Shown here: positions 1-7,894 of the stretch, in pieces
Numbering within the stretch: the stretch's first letter is position 1
Layout of the letters: each line of letters opens with the position of its first letter
DNA from: Nitrospirota bacterium
GTDB lineage: Bacteria; Nitrospirota; Thermodesulfovibrionia; Thermodesulfovibrionales; UBA9159
Direction: 5' to 3'
Length of the DNA: 64,000 nucleotides
Assembly (NCBI GenBank): GCA_963699545.1
Contig: CAVOUE010000005.1
Coordinates: forward strand, 471,354 to 535,353
Position numbers and translations under genes: made by a program
The notes under the pieces: model-generated
The model's input: the letters and a program-made list of their open reading frames with translations, nothing else
What the model was told of the DNA's origin: nothing
Databases searched by the model: none

Positions 1-71
1 TAGAAAAGGTGAAGGAAGAGAGGGATATTTTAAAAAAAGCCTTGGCCGTATTCTCCAAACAAAGCAGATGA
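1..71 (+). CDS. IS3 transposase OrfA, C-terminal fragment
   Basis: Frame from base 3 reads EKVKEERDILKKALAVFSKQSR*, a typical OrfA tail. The TGA overlaps the OrfB ATG (ATGA at 68-71). Confidence 0.85.
   Translation, partial: EKVKEERDILKKALAVFSKQSR
32..39 (+). promoter_or_regulatory. -1 programmed ribosomal frameshift site (AAAAAAAG) for the OrfAB fusion
   Basis: A7G motif at the canonical position near the end of OrfA. Confidence 0.75.
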
Positions 72-925
72 AGTATGGGTTTATGGAAGAGCACCGGGAG
101 AAGTACAAGGTGGGAAGCATGTGTGAGGTGTTGAAGGTATCCAGGAGCGGGTATTATGCGTGGCGCAGTCGTCCGGTCAGCACGAGGGTAAAAGACAATC
201 GTGAGCTGCTGGGGCACATACGGGAGGTCCACACTCAAAGCAGAAAGCTGTACGGTAGTCCCCGGATCACCGTTGAGCTCAATGAACAGGGTGTCAAATG
301 CGGGAAGAACCGGGTAGCCAGGATCATGAAGGACCATGCAATATGTGGGGAAGTGAAAAAGAGGAGATTCAGGCGGACTACCGATTCACGGCATGATTAT
401 GCCCTGGCGGCAAACCTGCTGATTGAAAAGAGACAGACAGAGGGGGTATGGGCATCAGATATAACATTTGTTCCCACTTCCGAGGGCTGGCTGTATGTGG
501 CGGCAGTGATGAATGTCAGAAGCAGGAGGATTATCGGGCTGTCCATGAGCGCCAAGCTCTCTCAGGAACTCGCCTCTGATGCGCTGAAGGCGGCAGCAAG
601 CAGGCAAACCCCTTCCGAGGGGCTCATCCACCATTCTGATCGAGGCAGACAGTACGCGAGCTATGCATATCAGGAGCTTCTCAGAGAATACGACATTACC
701 CCGAGCATGAGCAGAAGTGGCAATTGCTATGATAATGCCTATGCCGAGTCGTTCTTCGGTACCCTCAAAACGGAATTGGTCCACGGTGAGAAGTACCGTT
801 CAAGGCTGGAGGCAAGGCTCAGCATATTTGAGTACGTGGAAGTGTTCTATAATCGTCAGAGGAAACACTCGGCATTAGGGTATAGGAGTCCGGAGCAATA
901 TGAACGGCTCCTTGATGAAACTTAA
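68..925 (+). CDS. IS3-family transposase OrfB (integrase core, DDE)
   Basis: YGSPRI, W-SDIT, HHSDRG-QY, GNCYDNA-AESFF and YNRQRKHSALG motifs. Confidence 0.95.
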   Translation: MKYGFMEEHREKYKVGSMCEVLKVSRSGYYAWRSRPVSTRVKDNRELLGHIREVHTQSRKLYGSPRITVELNEQGVKCGKNRVARIMKDHAICGEVKKRRFRRTTDSRHDYALAANLLIEKRQTEGVWASDITFVPTSEGWLYVAAVMNVRSRRIIGLSMSAKLSQELASDALKAAASRQTPSEGLIHHSDRGRQYASYAYQELLREYDITPSMSRSGNCYDNAYAESFFGTLKTELVHGEKYRSRLEARLSIFEYVEVFYNRQRKHSALGYRSPEQYERLLDET

Positions 926-971
926 CTGGGTGTCCACTTTTTCGGGGGAAGGTCAGATTGTATTACACAAT

Positions 972-1000
972 AAAAAAGGGCGAGATTTCCGCCTCGCCCT
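972..1000 (-). terminator. Rho-independent terminator for the IPTL-CTERM gene
   Basis: AGGGCGAG/CTCGCCCT stem followed by a U-tract on the minus strand, about 30 nt past the stop codon. Confidence 0.75.
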
Positions 1001-1030
1001 CGACCATTTAATTTTATGAACCTCTATTAA

Positions 1031-1705
1031 TTAATTTTCTGTTCTTCTCCGTTTCCTCAGGTAATATAGAGAGCCTATTCCTGCAAGTGCCATAAAGATT
1101 ATCATACCCCACTCATTCATGGTGGGGACATTAGTAGCCATCTGTGCAGGTCCGCCTGCGTCAAGAATTACACCGTCTGCCATCATGTCATCATCGCCCC
1201 GCTGACCATCACGGAAATGCACCATGACTACATTGCTACTAATCTCGGCACCTGTCATTGTCATCATGTCATACATAAAATCATACCAATGGGGCATAGA
1301 GTCCATAGCGGTAGGACCATGCCTCCTATACATTAACCCCATAAGAGAAAGAGGCATGTCGTCTGAATGTTTAAAGAAGGTCAAAGTTACCATAGGTGAG
1401 AAAAACATTCCTGCTTTAGAGGTCCGTTCCGCAGATGCCGGGTTCATCATCGAATCGCATGGGTCAAGTTGGACTTTAAATGATATAAGTCCGTAGGGAT
1501 AATCAAAGAAATGGTCATTTCCAACGGCTTCCTCTGTGGTGACAGAAACATCACAAACATAGCCAACATCTGCGGAAATAGTAAATTCACAATCACCCGT
1601 AGCACATGGAATGGCGGCTGGTTGTGCTTCGCTATCCGATATGCCGAAAGATATGAGGAGAACTGCCATCAGCAATGTTCCGATAATCATTTTCCTGCAA
1701 AACAT
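1031..1705 (-). CDS. Secreted surface protein with choice-of-anchor-U-like domain and IPTL-CTERM sorting signal
   Basis: N-terminal signal peptide, DGQRGDDD...DGVILDAGGP motif, and C-terminal VPTMNEWG + TM helix + RKRRR. Confidence 0.8.
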   Translation of the reverse strand: MFCRKMIIGTLLMAVLLISFGISDSEAQPAAIPCATGDCEFTISADVGYVCDVSVTTEEAVGNDHFFDYPYGLISFKVQLDPCDSMMNPASAERTSKAGMFFSPMVTLTFFKHSDDMPLSLMGLMYRRHGPTAMDSMPHWYDFMYDMMTMTGAEISSNVVMVHFRDGQRGDDDMMADGVILDAGGPAQMATNVPTMNEWGMIIFMALAGIGSLYYLRKRRRTEN

Positions 1706-1758
1706 AGATTGCTCCTTTCATTGCGAGGTTAATAAATTGAAGTCCTTTTAGTAATGAA

Positions 1759-1787
1759 AGTTTATCAAGCAGAGTGTCGGATGTCAA
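1759..1787 (-). promoter_or_regulatory. Sigma70-type promoter of the IPTL-CTERM gene
   Basis: Minus strand reads TTGACA-17 nt-TAAACT, with a GAAAGGAG RBS downstream. Confidence 0.7.
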
Positions 1788-1824
1788 CACACACGCTATA
1801 TTAATTGTGCATATATTGCCCACT

Positions 1825-1854
1825 AAAAAAGGGGCTTGGTTATCCAGGCCCCTT
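1825..1854 (-). terminator. Orphan intrinsic terminator
   Basis: Minus strand AAGGGGCCTGGATAACCAAGCCCCTTTTTT. Confidence 0.7.
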
Positions 1855-1923
1855 CTGCTTGTTACCGACTACCTGAGAGTTATAAAAAGACGCAACTGGT
1901 GCGAATTAGCATTTGAAAGAAAC

Positions 1924-1954
1924 AAAAAAGGGATGTATTGTTTCACACACCCCT
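1924..1954 (-). terminator. Second orphan intrinsic terminator
   Basis: Minus strand AGGGGTGTGTGAAACAATACATCCCTTTTTT. Confidence 0.6.
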
Positions 1955-2178
1955 CTAAAACCAGCAACGCCATTTATGTTCGGCTTTAGCCCGTTTCCTT
2001 AGGACACGCAAGGGGTCTCAATGGCATTTTTTTGTGCGGAATGAACATTTCACGCAGAAAGACGCATGCGCATTTAACGACTGACAGCGTGTGAAGAATG
2101 TGGCGACATTTTGGGGTTTCAAAAATCCATGGTACGATTGACACAAGGATAGAAGCGAAAGGGTAAGGAGGGGAAGCC

Positions 2179-3885
2179 GTGGAAGAGAAACCTGGTCTCG
2201 CAGATTTAAGTGTCAAGACAGAGCTGAGTCAGAATCCAAAAAAATCCCGCAAACAAACCTGTGATGGAGCTGATTTGGATCGCCGTTCTTTTCTTTGGCG
2301 GCTTGGTGTCGGGGCCACAACTGTGGTCGGTCTCAGTTCCGTAAAACTTCTGAATATGGAATCCGTGGCAGAGGCAGAGGATCTCGGCCCACTGAACGAT
2401 TCGAGACGCAGAAACGTTGCGGAAATAATTCGCTTTGATGCAGCCAAACTGGCTAAGAATCGTCCTCCTGTCACACATCCTACCAATGGCGAGGAAGAGC
2501 TTTATCGTAATAAGATCGCAAACTATTCCAAGGGCTTACCCCACAACAAATTGGGCGAAGTGAATTTGAAGGCATACAATGCCTTGCTCAGGGCACTGTC
2601 AACAGGAAGACCGGAAGACTTTGAAGCGATCCCCCTGGGCGGCAGCCGCAAACTGACGAATCCTCAAGCCGGGTTGGCATTTGATTTGGAAGGCCCTGAT
2701 TCGCATCACCTGTCGACTCGACCCTCGCCCAAAATCGCCGGCCCGGAGGCAGCGTCCGAGTTGGCCGAGGTATACTGGATGGCGCTTGTGCGGGACGTGC
2801 ACTTTATGGATTACGACGCTGATCCGACGATCGACGCAGCAGCATCCGAGCTTTCGGCGTTTAGCGATTTCCGGGGGCCGAAAATCAACGGAAATGTTAT
2901 ACCCGACACGATCTTCAGGGGCAATACCGAGGGAGACCTTTTCGGGCCTTATATTTCCCAATTCCTCTGGCTCGATATCCCCATGGGTGCGCTCAGTATT
3001 CCACAGATGATGCAGACTGTCATGCCTGCCATAGACTACCTGACGGACTACAATGAGTGGCTGAACATTCAGAATGGTGCTGCGGCCATGCCCTATATGC
3101 ATGACCCAGTACCCCGTTATATTCGCAACCTGCGTGATATGGCTGAGTGGGTACATATGGATGCGCTCTACCAGGCTTATCACCAGGCATGCCTGATTTT
3201 GCTGGGAATGGGTGCCCCAGTGAATCACGGTAATCCTTACGTACGCTCACGCACGCAAGTCGGCTTTGGCACATTCGGTGGACCACACGTTTTAAGTCTC
3301 GTTACCGAAGTCGCTACACGTGCGCTCAAGGCAGCATGGTTCCAGAAGTGGTTTGTTCACAGAAGGTTAAGACCTGAGGCCTTTGGAGGGCTGGTTCATC
3401 ATACAAGATATGGCACCGCCAAGTACCCCGTTAACCGTGAGATTTTGGATTCCATGACCTTGGATAGAATCTTCTCCACGCATGGCACTTATCTTCTTCC
3501 TGTGGCGTTTCCGGAAGGATCGCCCGCCCACCCATCATATTGCGCCGGGCATGCCACGGTAGCAGGTGCCTGCGTGACGATTTTGAAGGCGTGGTTTGAC
3601 GAGTCTTTTGTTATTCCCAACCCGGTCGTGCCAGATGCTTCAGGCACATCGCTCTTGCCTTACAACGGTGATGACCTGACAGTCGGTAACGAACTCAACA
3701 AACTCGCTGCCAACGTGGCGCTTGGGCGCAATGCTGCAGGTATACACTACCGCAGCGACTACACGGAATCCGTCAAGGTGGGTGAGAATGTCGCCATCGG
3801 TATCCTCCAGGAACAGAGGGAGACCTATAATGAAGATGTCAGTTTTACGTTCACCAGATTCGACGGCACTACAATCACAATCTGA
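2179..3885 (+). CDS. Vanadium-dependent haloperoxidase (bromoperoxidase-like), Tat-exported
   Basis: Vanadate-binding motifs KWFVHRRLRP, HPSYCAGHA and RNAAGIHYRSD. Twin-arginine signal DRRSFL followed by a hydrophobic segment and AEA. Exact start is uncertain. Confidence 0.9.
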   Translation: MEEKPGLADLSVKTELSQNPKKSRKQTCDGADLDRRSFLWRLGVGATTVVGLSSVKLLNMESVAEAEDLGPLNDSRRRNVAEIIRFDAAKLAKNRPPVTHPTNGEEELYRNKIANYSKGLPHNKLGEVNLKAYNALLRALSTGRPEDFEAIPLGGSRKLTNPQAGLAFDLEGPDSHHLSTRPSPKIAGPEAASELAEVYWMALVRDVHFMDYDADPTIDAAASELSAFSDFRGPKINGNVIPDTIFRGNTEGDLFGPYISQFLWLDIPMGALSIPQMMQTVMPAIDYLTDYNEWLNIQNGAAAMPYMHDPVPRYIRNLRDMAEWVHMDALYQAYHQACLILLGMGAPVNHGNPYVRSRTQVGFGTFGGPHVLSLVTEVATRALKAAWFQKWFVHRRLRPEAFGGLVHHTRYGTAKYPVNREILDSMTLDRIFSTHGTYLLPVAFPEGSPAHPSYCAGHATVAGACVTILKAWFDESFVIPNPVVPDASGTSLLPYNGDDLTVGNELNKLAANVALGRNAAGIHYRSDYTESVKVGENVAIGILQEQRETYNEDVSFTFTRFDGTTITI

Positions 3886-4134
3886 CACAAGGCCGGAGAA
3901 CGCACACGTCGTGAGCTCTTATTTGATCTTGGAGAGGGTTAGGTTTGCGATTGAAATCCTCACTCCGCCAAAGCACATCAGGACGCTGAGTTACAGGAAG
4001 AAAGAGTGCACTCTTCGACGAATGTCCCGCTATTTCGACATGATAGTATCTCCATCGACAACGCGTGAAGCTGGATGTCCACGCCATTCGAAGCATACAG
4101 CGTGCTGAGGTCGATCTATTGCTCTTTCACAGAC

Positions 4135-4428
4135 TCAAGGCAGCTTCTTGACAGCCGCCGCGAATTCCTCCTTTGTGAACGCCCTGAGTGTGACTGTCTT
4201 TACATTTCCAACTGCTCCAATGCTAAGCAATTGCAGTAAACCAGCTTCGTCACTTGGAACGTCTGCGATCGCCACATAATCGTATTGACCCAGTACCGTA
4301 TAGAAGTCAATCATCTTTCCACCTGCAGCTTCCAGTGCCTTGGCAGCTTCTTGGATTCGTGTTGGTCCTTCTTTGATATTCTTGGCGCCCTGTTCCGTTA
4401 AGTTCATCAGAATTATGTATCTCGGCAT
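4135..4428 (-). CDS. GYD domain protein
   Basis: 97 aa with LGQYDYV motif and TVTLRAF C-terminus. Strong GGAGGTG RBS. Confidence 0.9.
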   Translation of the reverse strand: MPRYIILMNLTEQGAKNIKEGPTRIQEAAKALEAAGGKMIDFYTVLGQYDYVAIADVPSDEAGLLQLLSIGAVGNVKTVTLRAFTKEEFAAAVKKLP

Positions 4429-4464
4429 AATCTCACCTCCTTGTTCTGTGCCCGCAATTCACCG

Positions 4465-4490
4465 AAAAAAACCTACCTCATCAAAAGGTT
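4465..4490 (-). terminator. Riboswitch expression-platform terminator
   Basis: Minus strand AACCT...AGGTT stem followed by a U-run. Its 5' arm is also complementary to GAAAGGTTC upstream of the aptamer. Confidence 0.6.
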
Positions 4491-4493
4491 CGT

Positions 4494-4578
4494 CCTTCGG
4501 CAACTCGGCCGTCTCTCTCTGTAGACCCGCCGCTTTCCGCCCCTTCCTCGCGAAAGGTTTGGCTTTATCGGGAACCTT
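4494..4578 (-). ncRNA. c-di-GMP-I (GEMM) riboswitch upstream of the GYD gene
   Basis: Minus strand CGATAAAGCCAAACCTTTCGCGAGGAAGGGGCGGAAAGCGGCGGGTCT...AGACGGCCGAGTTGCCGAA matches the GEMM-I architecture (AAAC-P2 with GCGA tetraloop, GGAAAGC, TTGCCGA). Confidence 0.88.
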
Positions 4579-5419
4579 TCCCTCTTAATTACCTTTTATC
4601 ATAAAAAATGCGTCTGTCAAGTTGTCATTCTAGGGTTCTAAGATCAATATCATAAGGCTACTTGCCCAATTGATTCCATTTGAAATAGGTACTCGCAATT
4701 TGGAGGTCTAAGGTTTTTGGTTCAGGAAGGACACTTGCGTATAGCCCTTCTTTCATTCACGTTGCGTCTTTCGCCCCATACAGAGAAGTTACTTTCGTGT
4801 CTCAGGCAGCCATCACAACCAGAAGCAGGCCCATCATGCTGCTTTCTGTCCCCCTCACGAAGGGTTAGACTTCTCTCCTTTCGCGCGTCAGCGTTGTCAT
4901 CTCTGCCATGAGGACATCGACAGACCTCTTGATCGACGTCGGATGCTTTAGTTGCTCCATCAGAGCCCGGAGACTTTATTCTTTTGGGGTTATCACACCT
5001 TTCAGGCGTACAATCGGGTGTTTTCCCGTGCCGGACGATAATTTATTTGAATATATTGAAGCCTTTTCGAAGAGGCTGACCGTGGCACAGAACCTGCTAG
5101 CTCATCTGCATATTTCTGATGGCAAGGAGGTCAGATGGGAAAGTGCGCAGACTGTATCTTCTTTCTTCCTCATAAGTGCAATGGTTTCAATTGCGGTTAT
5201 CTTTATAAGAGAGTGGGTGAAAGGGACAGGTGCTGCTGTTATTTCAGATCTGTCGATACGTCAGCGAATACCGGGTAGTATTGAATTCCCTTGCCCGACC
5301 GGTCACAGGTATGCCTTCAGCCTTCCGGTGTTGACCACGGCATCCCCTTCGTTGCATAATTATCCTTGTGGAGTCTGTGTGTCCCAACTGTCCATACGGT
5401 ACATTAGCGGGAGGGTGAT

Positions 5420-5728
5420 ATGAGAACATTCATGGTGGTCGTTTTGTCATTTGCCATGTCTCTGCTCTTCTGTCCGCCGTCACTTGCCCTTGAGTGCTAC
5501 ACGGACCTGGATTGTACCATGGGCAACCGGTGCGTGAAGCAGGAATATGAAGAGAAAGGCACCTGCCGTGAAGGCAGCCGGCAATTGAACCCAGGCCAGA
5601 ACTATAGGCCGGATCCTGAGAGGCCTCAAGGGGACACAAAGGGCAAGATGTGCTGGAGCAACAAGGACTGTGAGTCCGGATTGGAATGTATCATGAAATC
5701 GGGGCAGATGTACGGGATCTGCCGGTAA
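5420..5728 (+). CDS. Small secreted cysteine-rich protein with two 4-Cys modules
   Basis: Signal peptide ending SLA. Two repeats: CYTDLDCTMGNRC...C and CWSNKDCESGLEC...C. GGGAGGG RBS. Confidence 0.75.
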   Translation: MRTFMVVVLSFAMSLLFCPPSLALECYTDLDCTMGNRCVKQEYEEKGTCREGSRQLNPGQNYRPDPERPQGDTKGKMCWSNKDCESGLECIMKSGQMYGICR

Positions 5729-5744
5729 TGCTCAGGATACCTTC

Positions 5745-6866
5745 ATGGACACCATCGAAAAGCTGAAGGTACTGTCCGAAGATTCGCAGTATGACCTGGC
5801 CTGCGCATGCGGCACAAGGAACGACGACCGGCGCAAGCGGGGGCTGGACGGCAGATGGCTCTATCCGGTCGCCCTGCCCAGGGGCGGATACTCCGTCCTT
5901 CTGAAGACGCTGCTTTCAAACTCCTGCTCGAACGACTGCAAATACTGCCCCCTTCGTTCAGATACGGACACGAGGCGATGCACCCTTCAGCCGGAAGAAG
6001 TCGCACGGGTCTTTATGGATTATCACAGAAGGAAAAAGGTCTTCGGCCTTTTCCTGAGTTCCTCCGTGATACAGAACGCCGACCACACCATGGACAAGAT
6101 CAATACGGTTGCCCGCCTCCTCAGGACCAGGCACGATTTCAGGGGGTATATACACCTGAAGGTCATTCCGGGAGCTTCGGATGCAGCCGTCGAGGACGCC
6201 CTCTCCCTTGCAAGCGCCGTGTCACTGAACATCGAGACGCCGGGGAAGAAACATTTTTCTCTGCTCTCGAACAAAAAGGACTTCGACAGGGACATCCTCC
6301 GTCCCCTCAGGCTGATGGGCAGGCTCACCGGGAAGGGCATGAGGTTTTCGGGGGTAAAATGCACGACTCAGTTCGTCGTGGGAGCCTCTGACGAGACGGA
6401 TTCAGAGATCACGGAAACTATGTTCGGTCTTTACAGGCGCATGAACTTCAAACGCGTTTATTTTTCTGCTTACCAGAAAGGGCTCGGGCATCCCGACATC
6501 CCCGGTGAAAAGAAGTTCCTCCGAAACGCGGGGGAGGCCTTTCTGCGTGAGCACCGTTTATACCAGGTTGATTTTCTCATCCGCAGATACGGTTTTGACA
6601 AAGAGGACATCATCTTCGGCAACGACAACAATCTGAGCCTGGACAGGGACCCAAAAGAAGTCTGGGCTGAGCGCCATCCGGAGTGGTATCCGGTCAGGCT
6701 CAATACATCCGAGAGGGACGTGCTCTTGAAAGTGCCGGGTCTGGGCCCGGAGACCGCAGCAAGGATACTGAAGATGCGGCGGGAGAAAAGGATCTCCCGC
6801 CTGGAGGATTTGGGACTGAAGGGGAAAAGACTCGACAAGATCAGAGACTACGTGATCTTCGAGTGA
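5745..6866 (+). CDS. Putative DNA modification/repair radical SAM protein with C-terminal helix-hairpin-helix
   Basis: CSNDCKYC Fe-S motif, YDLACAC N-terminus, REHRLYQVDFL and LLKVPGLGP HhH; resembles the TIGR03916-type family. Confidence 0.85.
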   Translation: MDTIEKLKVLSEDSQYDLACACGTRNDDRRKRGLDGRWLYPVALPRGGYSVLLKTLLSNSCSNDCKYCPLRSDTDTRRCTLQPEEVARVFMDYHRRKKVFGLFLSSSVIQNADHTMDKINTVARLLRTRHDFRGYIHLKVIPGASDAAVEDALSLASAVSLNIETPGKKHFSLLSNKKDFDRDILRPLRLMGRLTGKGMRFSGVKCTTQFVVGASDETDSEITETMFGLYRRMNFKRVYFSAYQKGLGHPDIPGEKKFLRNAGEAFLREHRLYQVDFLIRRYGFDKEDIIFGNDNNLSLDRDPKEVWAERHPEWYPVRLNTSERDVLLKVPGLGPETAARILKMRREKRISRLEDLGLKGKRLDKIRDYVIFE

Positions 6867-6931
6867 GTGCCCTCCGCTCTTTTCCTGCATGAAACGCCGG
6901 CCCCGGCTGATCAGGCCCTCGACGCGTTTCT

Positions 6932-7693
6932 TTATCTCTTGCCCGGTTTCGTTTTTTTTCGGGAAACAGCCTTCTTTCTCGCCAGAGGTTTTGTCGGTAC
7001 CGCCTTCTTTTTCACGCCCGTCTTCTTTGCGACCGCCGCGCGCGGAGCGGACTTCGTCCCTTTTCCTCGGGCGGTTTTTCCTGTCGTTTTCTTCACCGCC
7101 TTTTTCAAGGCCTTCCCGGCTGCCGTCTTTGCCTTTCCGGTCTTTTCCTTTTTCTTCTTCACGGCGCCCTTCCCGCTTTCCGTCTTCTTCCGGACAGGAG
7201 GCCTGACCGCCTTCTTTGGCGTCTTCTTTCCTGTTGCCTTTTTCTTCCCGGAGGCCTTGGAGCTGACAGCAGCTCCGCTCCTGGGCTCTTCAAATACCGC
7301 GGACTTCCCTGAGGTTCTTTCGGGGATGAGGGGCGGCCGTTCCTTCCCTACTGAAACAGGATGGGATTCCTTCCGGACAAGATGCCCGCCTCCTTCATAT
7401 ATGCCGAGGATATCTTCTTCCCTGACAAGGGTGACCTTCCTGCCCTCAACTTCCACGTCCTTTGCCATAAAGTCGGTGAACACAACCCGCTCCCCGGGTT
7501 TAACAACGGTCGGAACGAATTTTCCCTTCTTCCTTTCGCCCTGGGCGCTGTATTTCCCGGGACCGATGGCCTCGACAACGCCATCCGCAGGTTTCTCCCT
7601 TGCCATAACAGGAATGATGATTCCTCCGGCGGTCTTTTCTTCTGAGTCGACTCTGTTGATCACTGCCCAATCATGAAGCGGTCGTATCTTCAT
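6932..7693 (-). CDS. groES: GroES-like co-chaperonin with long Lys/Ala-rich C-terminal tail
   Basis: MKIRPLHDW..EEKTAGGIIIP..GPG..VREEDILG followed by about 150 aa of low-complexity K/A/T/G sequence. Start set at the second Met. Confidence 0.85.
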   Translation of the reverse strand: MKIRPLHDWAVINRVDSEEKTAGGIIIPVMAREKPADGVVEAIGPGKYSAQGERKKGKFVPTVVKPGERVVFTDFMAKDVEVEGRKVTLVREEDILGIYEGGGHLVRKESHPVSVGKERPPLIPERTSGKSAVFEEPRSGAAVSSKASGKKKATGKKTPKKAVRPPVRKKTESGKGAVKKKKEKTGKAKTAAGKALKKAVKKTTGKTARGKGTKSAPRAAVAKKTGVKKKAVPTKPLARKKAVSRKKTKPGKR

Positions 7694-7894
7694 CTCTGAT
7701 GCCCTCCTGAACAAAGTATACCGTATGAGTAATTATACTGCATCCCGGACCGGGGGGAAAGGTTCCCCGGGAAAGGACAGGCAGCCTGCAAAGAATCGAA
7801 CGCAAGTAACGATCTGGGATGTGTGCGTTCAGGATTGTCAGAAAGGACGGGGACGTAACGAGCACATTCTCTGGAGAAAAATCCGCTTCCGGGA

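Larger units (their letters stand above)
1..955 (+). mobile_element. IS3-family insertion sequence, 3' part (left end outside the window)
   Basis: OrfA tail, A7G slippery site, OrfB DDE transposase, and a terminal sequence GTGTCCACTTTTTCGGGGGAAGGTCA ending in CA at 955, as expected for an IS3 right inverted repeat. Confidence 0.92.

Noticed and set aside
4494-4578. 3',3'-cGAMP-sensing (GEMM-Ib) riboswitch variant
   Set aside because: The discriminating position 20 reads G rather than A by manual alignment, although the scaffold resembles Geobacter-type aptamers.
4717-5423. ORFs 4717-4911 and 4908-5423
   Set aside because: No RBS, motif or coding-like composition that I can support.
6867-7676. 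269-aa Phe-rich 'membrane protein' on the + strand
   Set aside because: It is the antisense shadow of the Lys-rich GroES tail.
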